A stretch of 64,000 bases of DNA, taken from the NCBI GenBank assembly GCA_963667175.2, contig CAXXXF010000001.1, positions 1 through 64,000 on the forward strand, read 5' to 3'. Both the position numbers and the translations under genes were made by a program. Below, in pieces: positions 9,767 through 19,814 of this stretch (position 1 is the first letter of the stretch; every line of letters begins with the position of its first letter). This DNA comes from Candidatus Latescibacterota bacterium. Its GTDB lineage: Bacteria; Latescibacterota; UBA2968; GCA-2709665. The notes under the pieces are model-generated. The model had not been told where the DNA came from. It searched no databases and saw nothing but the letters and a program-made list of their open reading frames with translations.

Positions 9767-9859
9767 AGATTCATCTCCACGGGCGATCGTCTGCGTACGC
9801 AACGTCACAGGCGGCGCAGGCAGGACGAGCGGTTCTATTGGTCGCGACTCCGAGGACCG

Positions 9860-10075
9860 GGCGGACAGTCGAAAAGCAGCGATCGGTTATCAGTGGTCAG
9901 CCTTCAGCTTGAGTCAAGAGCGAAAAGCGGCTCGCACGGAGACACAAAGACACGAAGAAAACCAGAGGATGAGATCCGAAACACCATTCAGGCGGGCGAC
10001 CACAAGGGTCGCCCCAACGAATCAAGAATCAGCGATCTGCTATAAGTGGTCAGCCTTCAGCTAAAGGCGGTAAAG
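9860..10075. repeat. Composite repeat island (heptamer CAG runs, ACACGAAG-type run, REP hairpin)
   Basis: 9904-10033 is repeated at 10906-11035; contains GGGCGACCACAAGGGTCGCCC. Confidence 0.85.
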
Positions 10076-10109
10076 GGAAGACAGCAGTCGATCGCGTCCG
10101 GCGGAGCGA

Positions 10110-10799
10110 TCAGTTTTGGGTGATCCGCAGCATATTCGAATCGCCGCGGCGGAACTCAAAGGGCACGGGTACCCGTTCGACCGTTGCCGACCGTTGCAGG
10201 GTTTGAATCACCGCATTCAGATGCCTCGAAGGTTTACCAGCGAGGTCGAACAACGGAAATACCCGGATCTCTCTCCCCACTCGAAGCAGTTCCCGTAGGA
10301 AGGAGAGATGCGTATTGAGGTCGAATTCCGCGGTGTACAGAAACAGCAGGTGAGAACAGAGGACAAGATCGAAGGATCCGGCCTCGAAGGGTAACCCGGG
10401 CAGGCTCCCAGAGACGTACCGGCCGCCCGCGGTCCCGGACCGGAAGTCGCGGAGGAACGTCCTGAGGACGTCACGTCGCAACTGGATGACCGCTTCGGGG
10501 CTACCGTATTGGTTCCACAGAAACCGTTCACGCGCCTTTCGCGTTCCCGCAAGCATGCGCGTGCCTGTGCGTTCGAAATCGATTTCCAGGTTCCGGCCTG
10601 AGAACCTGTAGATGGGATCGACGGCGACGACGAATCGCCCGGTTCCGCCCCATTCGGCCGCGAACGACGACGGTCCTCCACCGCAGTCCAGGACCCGCGC
10701 GGATGACGGGACGTCGGACAATGCGAAGAACGCCTCGTATTCGGCCGCGCTCCGGCCCCAGGCGGGAACGGCTCCTCCGAAATCGAATTCTCTGGACAT
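10110..10799 (-). CDS. SAM-dependent methyltransferase
   Basis: GRS..EY...F.L, LDCGGGPSSF, FDL.LCSH.LFLY. Confidence 0.85.
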   Translation of the reverse strand: MSREFDFGGAVPAWGRSAAEYEAFFALSDVPSSARVLDCGGGPSSFAAEWGGTGRFVVAVDPIYRFSGRNLEIDFERTGTRMLAGTRKARERFLWNQYGSPEAVIQLRRDVLRTFLRDFRSGTAGGRYVSGSLPGLPFEAGSFDLVLCSHLLFLYTAEFDLNTHLSFLRELLRVGREIRVFPLFDLAGKPSRHLNAVIQTLQRSATVERVPVPFEFRRGDSNMLRITQN

Positions 10800-10829
10800 A
10801 GGCGTGAATAATCGGGAGCGGACACCATC

Positions 10830-11200
10830 AAGACGAAAGTCAACTCATACAAAGACACGAAGACACAAAGGGAAAGAACAGCCATTAGCAGTCAGCCGCC
10901 GGAAGTCAGCTTGAGTCAAGAGCGAAAAGCAGTTCACACGGAGACACGAAGACACAAAGAAAACCAGAGGATATGATCCGAAACACCGTTCAGGCGGGCA
11001 ACCACAAGGGTTGCCCCTACAAATCAAGAATCAGCTATCAGCTTGAAGCAAGAACCGAACCCGTTGACGTCAGCGCCGTTATGAGGGCGACCACAAGGGT
11101 CGCCCCTACGAATTCAACATCGGCGCGACGAGGGCAGGATGCCCTCGCTCCCGGGAAAGCGGGGAGACGGGAGAGGATAGACGGGAGACGATCTGAGTGC
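10830..11200. repeat. Composite repeat island with three REP-like hairpins
   Basis: Second copy of the 130-bp unit, GGGCGACCACAAGGGTCGCCCCTAC, CGAGGGCAGGATGCCCTCG and GGGAGAC heptamers. Confidence 0.85.
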
Positions 11201-11201
11201 C

Positions 11202-12170
11202 CTAAAGGCGGCCCCTTCGGATGACGGCTTCGATAAACTCGCCTTTACCAGCCTGGTAGGACTGCCTGTCCTTTGGAAATCGGCGAGCCAGGTCCCGTTT
11301 CAATCTCATGTAGTCGTCCGCAAGGCCGCGGTCCGATCTCAGGCGGTCCCTGAACAGGATTATTTCGTTCCAATCCGCGCTCGTCTTTTCGAACATGTGA
11401 ACGTGATGGGAGCGAGGTTCGCCTTTCTGGAAGAAGTGCCTCCGAGGGATGCCGTTTTCTCCCCTGTATTCGTACCCGATCCCGCCGAGCGGCTTTATAC
11501 ATATCCTGGCGCGTTCAAAATCCCTGACGGCGATCGCAATGTCCAGCACCGGCTTGGCGGACGTCCCCTGGATGGACGTGCTGCCCACGTGCTGGATATC
11601 CTCCACGAAATCACCGATCGTTTCTTCGATATTCTCTTGTTCCAACTCGAACAGGATGCTCCATTCTTCCCGATACGGGGACACCGACACCTCTCCGCGA
11701 TTCAAACCGAGCAAAGGTCCTCTGCTGAACAGTTCCGGCAGGCGGTCCGGCGTCAGGAAGGTTGCCAGTTCAGGATCTACCATCGAGATGGATTCTCGGG
11801 AAATCCAGGAAAATGCGAAGACAACGCCCGATTCCGGACCCACCGTTCCGACGTGTTCCCAACTGTCCGGTAAATGAGGATCGGCCTTGAACAGAAAGTC
11901 CGTCCGTTCCACGTCTGATTGGATATACGGTTTGAAGTAGCCGGTCTTCCCGATCTTGCGAATGAACTGAAGGTCCTCGATTCCCGATTCCTCGCGGGTT
12001 TCTCGATGGGCGGCCTGAAGCGGCGTTTCACCGGCCTCGACGTTTCCTCCCGGCAGGCGATAGGTTTCGTAGCCGATGGATTTGAGTTCGAGGACGAGCA
12101 ATTCGCATGTCCCAACCGCGTCGTGCCTGATAATCAGCGCGAACGCTTTATGGACGAGCGGGTTCTTCAT
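11202..12170 (-). CDS. NUDIX hydrolase fused to a GrpB (nucleotidyltransferase-fold) domain
   Basis: GG.VE.GE....AAHRE..EESG Nudix box; HVGSTSI.G..AKPVLDI and FRD.LR...Y..LK..LA GrpB motifs. Confidence 0.85.
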   Translation of the reverse strand: MKNPLVHKAFALIIRHDAVGTCELLVLELKSIGYETYRLPGGNVEAGETPLQAAHRETREESGIEDLQFIRKIGKTGYFKPYIQSDVERTDFLFKADPHLPDSWEHVGTVGPESGVVFAFSWISRESISMVDPELATFLTPDRLPELFSRGPLLGLNRGEVSVSPYREEWSILFELEQENIEETIGDFVEDIQHVGSTSIQGTSAKPVLDIAIAVRDFERARICIKPLGGIGYEYRGENGIPRRHFFQKGEPRSHHVHMFEKTSADWNEIILFRDRLRSDRGLADDYMRLKRDLARRFPKDRQSYQAGKGEFIEAVIRRGRL

Positions 12171-12234
12171 TGTCCTGGAACATGCGCCGTGGGAATTGTG
12201 GGATCGTATCTCATTGATTCCATGACTGTTACGA

Positions 12235-12717
12235 TTATATCCCCAGTCGTTTACGGATGACCTCCAGTGTCTCCTCGGGCGTCTGGTTTCCGTTGTCGAT
12301 CACGATTCCGATTCCCGGATCGATATGCGAAGACCGATATTGTTCCCTTATGCGGTTTCGTTCCCGCGGAGACAGTTGCCGGCCGCCGCGATCGGAAACC
12401 GCTACTTCAACGGGCGGCCTGAGCGTAAACGCGTGTATGGAAACACGGGCGTCTGCCCCTACGCGTTCGAAGACCACGTACTCACGCAGCGAAATCGGCC
12501 ACGTGACGACAACGTTGAACCCGCGCGAGAGCCAGTTTCGGGTCAACATCACGGAGTCCTCGACACAGTACGGGATGACATCGGACAGACTCAGGCAGTC
12601 GGCGAAGTGACGCAGGTCGTCGATCTCGACGTGGACGGTCCGGGGCAGGTTTGCCGCCAGCAGACGACCGACAGTCGATTTGCCGGAATTGATCGAACCG
12701 TTGATATAGATCAGCAT
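12235..12717 (-). CDS. Small P-loop (shikimate/gluconate kinase-like) protein
   Basis: INGSINSGKST Walker A. Confidence 0.75.
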   Translation of the reverse strand: MLIYINGSINSGKSTVGRLLAANLPRTVHVEIDDLRHFADCLSLSDVIPYCVEDSVMLTRNWLSRGFNVVVTWPISLREYVVFERVGADARVSIHAFTLRPPVEVAVSDRGGRQLSPRERNRIREQYRSSHIDPGIGIVIDNGNQTPEETLEVIRKRLGI

Positions 12718-12729
12718 GGGGCGCGGCCG

Positions 12730-13497
12730 TCAGTCGATAAGACCCCAGAGGCGCTGCCGGTCCGCCGACCAGCCCGACCAATCGGGGTGCACGTGTTTGA
12801 TCGCCTCCAGATCGCGTTTGCGGCCGCCCGCCGGGAAATAATTCCACCCCATCGCGCGCCTGGGTCCTGCGGCGGTCTTCAATCCTGTCGCGTGCCAGCA
12901 GGAGGGCGTCCACACCAGGGTCCAGCGGGGGTCGAGGACAACTTCCACTTCGTGCGGGTGGCGGGCGTACAGATGCCCGGGCATTTCGTCGTGCGTCCCG
13001 GTCGCCAGTTCGAGCTGCATCAGTTCGGCCCTGACCTCCTCCGGTGGGCGGTGCTGGCTGCCAGGCAGCACCCGCAACGGCCCGTTGCTGGAATCGTGAC
13101 GGTCGAGGGCGGTACGGAAGGAGACCTGGCGGACTTCCGGACTGCCGTCCGCGTGCCACGGGACCTGGCGCCGGCCCGTCCTCTCCGCCTTCGAGGCGTC
13201 TCCGATACCGCAGGCGCCCACGTGTACCTTCTCGGCGCCCAGGATGCGCCGCGCCGCGTCCACAATCTCCGGGCGCTCCACCATCTTCAGCACCGGTTCG
13301 CCGATCATCAGAAACAGGCAGGCCAGCCGGTTGCATCCCGCGGGGAACTCACTGCGTTCCCACTCCGGCTCCACTTCCTGCTGCCGGTTGTCGACCAGGC
13401 GCACGCCTTGCTCCCCCAGGGGATTCGGGATGAGGAAGAACCCGTTGCGTTCGAAGTGCGCCAACTGGTCGTCGCTGATCTTCAGTTGATTCTCCAT
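12730..13497 (-). CDS. PhyH family dioxygenase
   Basis: F..NGF, WHAD, NGPLRVLPGS, WHAT. Confidence 0.85.
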   Translation of the reverse strand: MENQLKISDDQLAHFERNGFFLIPNPLGEQGVRLVDNRQQEVEPEWERSEFPAGCNRLACLFLMIGEPVLKMVERPEIVDAARRILGAEKVHVGACGIGDASKAERTGRRQVPWHADGSPEVRQVSFRTALDRHDSSNGPLRVLPGSQHRPPEEVRAELMQLELATGTHDEMPGHLYARHPHEVEVVLDPRWTLVWTPSCWHATGLKTAAGPRRAMGWNYFPAGGRKRDLEAIKHVHPDWSGWSADRQRLWGLID

Positions 13498-13518
13498 ATT
13501 TCAAGCCCTCTCCACGGT

Positions 13519-13557
13519 TAGCAGTCCATTGAAAAAGTCGCTCTGCAGGCGAGGCCG
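13519..13557. mobile_element. Truncated end of MITE family A
   Basis: TAGCAGTCCATTGAAAAAGTCGCTCTGCAGGCGAGGCCG matches the ends of the 5900 and 33559 copies. Confidence 0.75.
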
Positions 13558-13597
13558 CGCCGTCAGTAACAACACGGTCGAGGACAAGGTAGAATCG

Positions 13598-14173
13598 TTA
13601 CGCCGAATCGCCAAGAGAGAAAGTCATCCGCCTGTTGAACCGGAAACGCTCATCGGGAACCATATATTCCAACCGGTCGCACAGGAAGCGCCCGGCAGGC
13701 GCCGTATCCTGTAGCCGCGCACAGAGCTGCAGACTTTCCTCAACGGAAATGAACTCGGCGATTGTCATGTGAGGGGCTATATGGCGTCTGCGATAAACTT
13801 CGCCGGCAAACCCGGACGTGCCGTGGAGGACGTCCTTCAAGCGGTCGACCGGTTCCCGCGGCGAGATGCGATACGCGACACCGGGATGCCGCGTCGAAGC
13901 ACACAACCTGTCATATTGAAGTTTGAACGGACGGACGTCGGAGAGGACACCGCGGATTTCGCAGGCAAGCGCGGGACACCAGACCGCCGAGCGGGGATCG
14001 TATCTGGCTCGCAGGCGGTTGATCTCCTCCGACACCTCCGGCGGCGGCAGAATGAGGATGATACCCAGCCGGTAGGCGCGTTGCCAGTCTTCCCATGTCG
14101 ATGTGTTGTTTACGTATGTGATCAAAGCGATTCCAGCAGGGTGAACCGGTTGCGGACGGCGGCGATGCCACAT
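13598..14173 (-). pseudogene. 2'-5' RNA ligase / 2H phosphoesterase family, apparently internally deleted
   Basis: LRARYDP and second PHMTIAEF motif present; first HxT/S motif missing; start uncertain. Confidence 0.6.
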
Positions 14174-14252
14174 GGGAACACGTAACGGCCGTTGAATACG
14201 CCGATTCGTTCGTGGATCCAGACCTCGTCAATCGGGAGGCATTGAGATTGGC

Positions 14253-14611
14253 TTAAGTAGCTGTGGTAACGTGACCAATCCGTGTGTCGTCGTCGAGTAC
14301 TTTCTCGATGGAACGTACAAGCCGCTGTTTGGGGAACGCGCCGACGAGGCGGTCCATTACATTTCCATTCTTGAAGAGCAGCAGGGTCGGCAGGCTTTGA
14401 ATGCCGTATCGGACCGCCGACGAATGAGAGGAACGAAATCCATCTTTCCGACTTTCAAGCGCCCGGCGTACTCGACAGCCAGTTCCTTCAAAATCGGATC
14501 GATAAGCCGGCAGGGTCCGCACCAGTTCGCGCCGACGTCGACGAGGACGGGACGGTCTGAGGAAATCACCTCCGCTTCAAAGGTCGCGTCGGTGAACGTA
14601 GCGGGTTTCAT
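14253..14611 (-). pseudogene. trxA: Thioredoxin, frameshifted near 14430
   Basis: F..EV..SD.PVLVD..A.WCGPC in one frame; [15 protein letters not shown]....R.VGA in another. Confidence 0.85.
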
Positions 14612-14615
14612 AAGT

Positions 14616-14870
14616 TCATCCTCCTCTCTCTGACAGATTGCGTGGCAGGTCGAGCCGTGAATAACCCGGAAAGAAGAAATCAGGCCTGATGGACTGAATC
14701 CTTCCAAGGTCACACATGAGACCGATGTGTTCCGCATTGGGCGAAATCCTGCCGGTCTCCCACCGGGCAACTGTGGACTGGGGAACGTCCAGGATTTCTC
14801 CCAGTTTCTGCTGGGTGATCCCCACCGTTTTTCGAAACTCCCTGATCCGCGACCGGTCGAACGGCATCAA
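14616..14870 (-). CDS. XRE family helix-turn-helix regulator
   Basis: [24 protein letters not shown]...P. Confidence 0.85.
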   Translation of the reverse strand: MMPFDRSRIREFRKTVGITQQKLGEILDVPQSTVARWETGRISPNAEHIGLMCDLGRIQSIRPDFFFPGYSRLDLPRNLSERGG

Positions 14871-14895
14871 AATCTCCAGTGATTATATCATCATT

Positions 14896-14930
14896 GCTAT
14901 AAAAATAGCCAAATATAGATTGACTGTCAA
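14896..14930 (-). promoter_or_regulatory. Putative sigma70 promoter overlapped by two palindromes
   Basis: TTGACA-17-TATTTT on the minus strand; GCTAT-AAAA-ATAGC (14896-14909) and TTGAC-T-GTCAA (14920-14930). Confidence 0.55.
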
Positions 14931-15077
14931 GGGTGAAATCGTCCATACGATTTCGTCCGGGTAAAAGTCAGAAATTACGCAGTGGGAAGCGCAGGCGGGA
15001 GCTAACCGGTGTCGCGACGATGACGGGTCTGCAAGGGGGGCGCGTCCCCGGGTTCGCCCGGATCTTTGGCGCGGATT

Positions 15078-16103
15078 TCAGGAGGAGTTTACGACCGCTG
15101 ATCTCAGGGCGTCATAGCACGCGTTCCAGCGGTCCAACTCGTCCCTGACCGTTTCTTCGTCACCCATTGAAGTCCAGCAGGTGACGCCGTGAATGAACAT
15201 CAACATCCGTTCGCTCGCCAGTGCCGCCGATTCCTCCTCTCGCCAGGCAGGTTCGCAGACGTCCCGGTACGCTTCGAGAAATGCGGCTTCCACGTTGTCG
15301 TCCGCCAGTCGATAACGCGTCGACTCGCCCCATGTCGAATCAGAATGCGACGCCAGATAGTACATCGAAACACAGACTTCGAACACCCGCCGACCTCGTG
15401 ACGCGTGGTTGCAGTCAATGAACCAGAGGTTGCTCTCGCGATCGATGATCATATTCTGAGGACTGGTATCCACGTGCAGACCGGTTTCGACCAGGCGCGG
15501 ACGAAGCCTGTCAATCGCTTCGACGCAGTGCTCTGTATCCTTTACGTACGTGACAAACTGATCGTGAAATGCTCTTCCTCTGGTTGAATCCCGCATCTTT
15601 CGGACGTTCGCCTGCAACCGGTTGACAGCGAGATGATTCATGGTGAGTCGTTCTTCGTCCGGCAGGTCCCGATATCCGACGCCTGCACTGTGAAGACGGG
15701 CGATTTCAGTCCCCGTGAGACGAACGTCCGGTTCATTCCCCTTTTTCGGCGGCCTTCCCTCCACAAACGGGAAGACCTCAACTGTCAACCCCGGTTCCGT
15801 CGTCAAAAAGGTCTTCCCGTCAAGTGACTGCAACGGAAGGACGGTTCGTACGCCGAGATCACTCAGGCGCATCTGGAATCGATGTACCTGCGAAAGACGG
15901 CGAATGTTTGACAATGAACCCGCTGAGTTCCGCCCGGGTTCGGATATCCGGAGGACGAACGGCTTCCCCGTATTCCGGCACGCGATCCTGACAACATGGG
16001 CGATCATGCCGCCCATGTCGCGATATTGTCCATCCCAGAGAATCCCGTATTTTCGACCGAGCCACTCCGGGCAGGGCAGCGCTTCATTCAGGCTCAACTG
16101 CAT
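15078..16103 (-). CDS. Aminoglycoside phosphotransferase / homoserine kinase II-like protein
   Basis: IARLH, H.D..P.N, FID motifs. Confidence 0.75.
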   Translation of the reverse strand: MQLSLNEALPCPEWLGRKYGILWDGQYRDMGGMIAHVVRIACRNTGKPFVLRISEPGRNSAGSLSNIRRLSQVHRFQMRLSDLGVRTVLPLQSLDGKTFLTTEPGLTVEVFPFVEGRPPKKGNEPDVRLTGTEIARLHSAGVGYRDLPDEERLTMNHLAVNRLQANVRKMRDSTRGRAFHDQFVTYVKDTEHCVEAIDRLRPRLVETGLHVDTSPQNMIIDRESNLWFIDCNHASRGRRVFEVCVSMYYLASHSDSTWGESTRYRLADDNVEAAFLEAYRDVCEPAWREEESAALASERMLMFIHGVTCWTSMGDEETVRDELDRWNACYDALRSAVVNSS

Positions 16104-16227
16104 TTCACCTGCCCTGCATTCTCAGATGTGCCGCTGAACGTTGCGGTCCATCACCGATCGTGTCGGCGGCAGGCCCGTTCATCATCGACTCCGATCAGCA
16201 GCACGGTTCAGTATTGGAACCCGCGAA

Positions 16228-16821
16228 TCAGGCGTCCGGCGCGGACTCGCTCCGGACTCGCCGTGCGTTGAAATACAGGGCGGCGTGCCCACGCGCGTCG
16301 TCGACCGGCCTATGGGTGTGCAGCAGGCCGCCACGTACTTCCGCGGGATATTCCGGGCGGTCCCCCAGGTATTCCAGGTTCAATGCCGCCTGAACATAGG
16401 ACGGCACGTCCACGCCGGCTCCCACAAAGGGACAGCGGATCCGGAACGGTCCCCGGAAAACGGAGGCGTTGCAGAATCTCCGCAAATACCAGTCGAGCCA
16501 GATTCCGTCGAACATCAAAGGATGGGCGGCCAGCGCCAACTCGGAACCCAGGCTTTCAAGCCAGAACAGGCAACGTTCCATCCCCCCGGCGGGCGGTACG
16601 GTGTTGCGCCGAATTTGCGCCCACGCCTCCGGTTGGGTACGCCACCAGGCCATCACATTCGCTGCGCCGCGTGCGCCATCCAACGCATCGAGATTGATTT
16701 CGAAAACATCCAGTTCGCGCCCGCTTTCGTCGAAGGCTGCAATTCCGAGGCTGAGCATCGAATTCTCTCCCGGCGTCGGCCCGTCAACCTCGATATCCAG
16801 GAAACAATAGATCAAGCCCAT
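16228..16821 (-). CDS. DEDDh 3'-5' exonuclease (Rv2179c-like)
   Basis: DIEVDGP.PG..SMLSLG, FD, HTH..VDDA. Confidence 0.8.
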   Translation of the reverse strand: MGLIYCFLDIEVDGPTPGENSMLSLGIAAFDESGRELDVFEINLDALDGARGAANVMAWWRTQPEAWAQIRRNTVPPAGGMERCLFWLESLGSELALAAHPLMFDGIWLDWYLRRFCNASVFRGPFRIRCPFVGAGVDVPSYVQAALNLEYLGDRPEYPAEVRGGLLHTHRPVDDARGHAALYFNARRVRSESAPDA

Positions 16822-17030
16822 ACAGGTCTCTTTCAGACACTTGATTACGAAAGTCGTCTGGCGAACGTCCGGTCCCTCTATGTCATTCGAAGGGTGGGCG
16901 AGGGCATTTCGACCGGCCACTTCAGCAGGCCGTTTCGGCAAGCTTGGCGAAAGCAACGCAGGCAGTATAAACGACATCGCGAGACGGATGAATCGTCGGA
17001 AGAACGGTGGGGTATTTCCGGGACAGGACG

Positions 17031-17858
17031 TCAGGTCAGCCCGATGCTCCGGATTCGGGAACAATAGTGACGTTCAAATGCCGTTCGCAATCGGGAGAAT
17101 CCCCATGGCTTTCCGCGCCTTTTCGTTGAATCGACGACGACGGAGCCGAAGCCGAAGGCCAAATAGTGGCAAACGTCTGAAACATCAGCCTCGAAGAACC
17201 CTGCGTCCCTCAGACGCGAAAACAGTCGATGCGCCGGCCAGGCCGGATTGTGAAGCAGTACGCCGACCAGTATCTCTTTGCTTCCCAGGAACGCCTGTTC
17301 GAAATCGATGAATTTGTGGACCACGCCATCCCGCAGGAACAGGTTCCGCGGATTCCAATCCAGTTTGATCAGCACCTCGTCCGAAAGCTCGACATTCGTG
17401 ACGTTCTCGCCGAGCACCTTGAAAATCGGCGCGCAATCGTCGTCATCGGATGCCAGCCGGGAGAGACTGTCGTGTAGTGAGTCAAGATTCTCATCCGCCC
17501 CCCTGCCCTGGAAACAACGGTCTTTCAGGTCCGTACACGGCGCTGGCACGTTGAACAGATGTGCGATCGCGTCGACGTAACGATCGGCCAGCAGGTCCAG
17601 ATCGACGGTCGTCAGGTCCACGTCGCGCATCAGATCGCCGGTTACCCGCTCGATGACGATATAGGCGTCTTGACTCGAATCCAACAGGGTCGGTATCAAT
17701 CGAGAACCGCCGTAGTGCCGGTAGAATCCGACTTCACGCCTGAACCTGCCTGCCGGATCGTCGTTTTGATTGTAGGTTTTCCTGACCGAGCCGTCCGGGA
17801 GACAGTCGATCCGGCTCTTGCGGCCATCGTATGGCAGCTTCATCGCCTGTACTCGCAA
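17031..17858 (-). CDS. Protein-kinase-like (APH fold) hypothetical protein
   Basis: RE..FY, DWNPRN, FIDFE. Confidence 0.6.
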   Translation of the reverse strand: MRVQAMKLPYDGRKSRIDCLPDGSVRKTYNQNDDPAGRFRREVGFYRHYGGSRLIPTLLDSSQDAYIVIERVTGDLMRDVDLTTVDLDLLADRYVDAIAHLFNVPAPCTDLKDRCFQGRGADENLDSLHDSLSRLASDDDDCAPIFKVLGENVTNVELSDEVLIKLDWNPRNLFLRDGVVHKFIDFEQAFLGSKEILVGVLLHNPAWPAHRLFSRLRDAGFFEADVSDVCHYLAFGFGSVVVDSTKRRGKPWGFSRLRTAFERHYCSRIRSIGLT

Positions 17859-17979
17859 GCGTTGTTACTGTTTGAATTTTCGCGTTGACCGAACGACGGG
17901 GCGGATGGGCGAGGGCACGTATAGACCCGGGCGGGGAACAGGGTCCTGTTGCGAAGCTGAACTCCCTCGCCTGACTGAC

Positions 17980-18693
17980 TCAGGTGTGTGCGACATGCTT
18001 CATCAGAATGGTCCACAGACCCGCCATTCCGAAGCGTCCGGATTCCTCAGGTTGGACCACCATGGGCTGGAGCTCGAGAATCTCGAAATAGCCTCGAAGA
18101 ATGTCCCTCAGCCGGTCCTCAGAGAAACCAATCCCCGGTGGCATTTTGCCCTCTTCATATACCTCCCTGTCATCAACGGGCCGCCCGGCCGTCGTGTCAA
18201 AGCAGGTCATCCCGAAGATACCGTTCTGCTTCAATAAGGCGCGAATCAGGTTGAGGTAGTCCGGCCTCCGATGCGGCTTCAGATGATGAAAAAGACCTGA
18301 GTCGTACGCGATGTCATAGTGGTCGTCAGACAAGGGTGCATCGAAGACGGACCCAATGATAAAATTGACGTCAACACGTTCCTGTTTTTCGATCAGACGC
18401 CCCTGTTCGACCGCGGTCTTCGACAAATCGATCTCATCAACCCGACATCCCGCCTTCGCCAGGAAGATTGCGTTTCGACCGATACCGCATCCCAGATCGA
18501 CCGCACGACCGGCCTTGAAGATTCCCTGTTCGAAGTATCTGACCAGGTTCTCGTCCGGGACGTTCTTTAGAAAGGGAGGGGTCCGGTTCCTCCGGGCGTA
18601 GAAGCGTTCCCAATCTACCCCGTCAGGTACGGCAGCATCGACGCGCACCGCGTCTTTAAAGGTATGGATGAGCTTTCCCGGGATTTTTGACAT
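17980..18693 (-). CDS. Class I SAM-dependent methyltransferase
   Basis: PDENL, DLGCG.GRNAIFLA, YDSG.FHH. Confidence 0.9.
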   Translation of the reverse strand: MSKIPGKLIHTFKDAVRVDAAVPDGVDWERFYARRNRTPPFLKNVPDENLVRYFEQGIFKAGRAVDLGCGIGRNAIFLAKAGCRVDEIDLSKTAVEQGRLIEKQERVDVNFIIGSVFDAPLSDDHYDIAYDSGLFHHLKPHRRPDYLNLIRALLKQNGIFGMTCFDTTAGRPVDDREVYEEGKMPPGIGFSEDRLRDILRGYFEILELQPMVVQPEESGRFGMAGLWTILMKHVAHT

Positions 18694-18916
18694 CTTGAGT
18701 CACTGATGGTCCGCGGATTGCCTCTGTCTCCAATCCGTTGGAAATTATGACATCTACAAGGTCGATTTCGCCGTAGGGTCAGCTTACAACGTAAGATGAA
18801 CTCCTGGCATGGGATCAACACCCAAGGGTCTACTGTCCTGACACCCTTGAGACAGAGGTGAGCACACGGGCTTCGCCGGGTTTGGCATATCCGCGGCGTT
18901 TTGATGATCAGCGTGA

Positions 18917-19099
18917 TTACGGCGGGTCGCAATAATGCGTTTTTCCGAACTCGACAAAGGATTCCACCTCCCTATTGAGCAGTTTGACCTCACCCGGCTG
19001 TGCCGTCCCGTTGTAGGAAGCGAATGCCGCGGTGATCAGCGGCCTCCATTCGGGGTACCGATTGCAGGCCCAGGCGCCGCTCGACCGACGGGCTACCAA
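18917..19099 (-). pseudogene. C-terminal gene fragment, DUF4111/adenylyltransferase-like
   Basis: AWA...YPEWRPLI.AA..SY segment without its N-terminus. Confidence 0.4.
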
Positions 19100-19108
19100 T
19101 CATCCGGT

Positions 19109-19507
19109 CTAAACGAATACTGAAGGCGAAACGCCAAATCGCCTGGACAGAGCACGGACCTGCCGGATGTTCAGCTCTCGTTTTCCGCTCAGGATCTCCG
19201 AAATCACTCCTTGCGAGCCTACCTCCGGCAAATCCGACTGAGTCAATTCGTGCTCTTCCATGAGAAGTCGAAGTGGATCTGCTCCCTCCAGGCTGGGCAT
19301 GGAACAGTGTTGTTCTTCCCAGGCGTGGACAACGGCGCCCAGTGTATCGAGCAAAGAATAAAGCGGATGTCGCTCATCCGTGCCTACTTCGTCGATCAGG
19401 CGGTTGAGCCGCTGCAAGGCCAGGTCGTATTCCCGCTCGTTCCGGATCTTGAGTAGCGTGCTCACTTGCGACCATGATCGCTGAAGCTGTGGGGTAATAA
19501 CGCTCAT
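19109..19507 (-). CDS. HigA-type HTH antitoxin (toxin missing)
   Basis: I.NE.EY, L.D.VG.DE.HPL, LM.EH.L.QSDL.E.GSQ.V.SEIL.GKR.LN; GGAGG RBS. Confidence 0.85.
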   Translation of the reverse strand: MSVITPQLQRSWSQVSTLLKIRNEREYDLALQRLNRLIDEVGTDERHPLYSLLDTLGAVVHAWEEQHCSMPSLEGADPLRLLMEEHELTQSDLPEVGSQGVISEILSGKRELNIRQVRALSRRFGVSPSVFV

Positions 19508-19519
19508 GTCCTCCATCCT

Positions 19520-19775
19520 CGAGCTTGTCGTCATTATCGTCTTCTCTTTGAATGACGGCGATGCACCTTCCGCTGAAGGACTCTATCGGTCTATCCACGC
19601 CAAGGACGTAGGCGTCGAGGTTGTCACCGTCAGCCGCCGGCACGTCCTCCAGGAATCCGTAGTTGACAGGATAGACGAACCCCGCCTCAGGATGCCTGGA
19701 GCCAATGGGCCGGTCTGTCCTGACCCGTACCGTCTTTCCGATAAACGTCCGTGCGCCGACGAATTCGGCCGTCAT
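19520..19775 (-). pseudogene. Inorganic pyrophosphatase-like protein, 3'-truncated
   Basis: DRP.GS.HP...YPVNYG....A.DGD.LDAY.LG...REDD.DDKL, then homology stops. Confidence 0.8.
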
Positions 19776-19814
19776 GCTTGACCGGTCTCCAGTACTATAC
19801 AAAATCAACCACCG

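Noticed and set aside
9860-11200. CRISPR array
   Set aside because: Repeats are irregular in length and spacing, there is no constant repeat-spacer period, and no cas genes are present.
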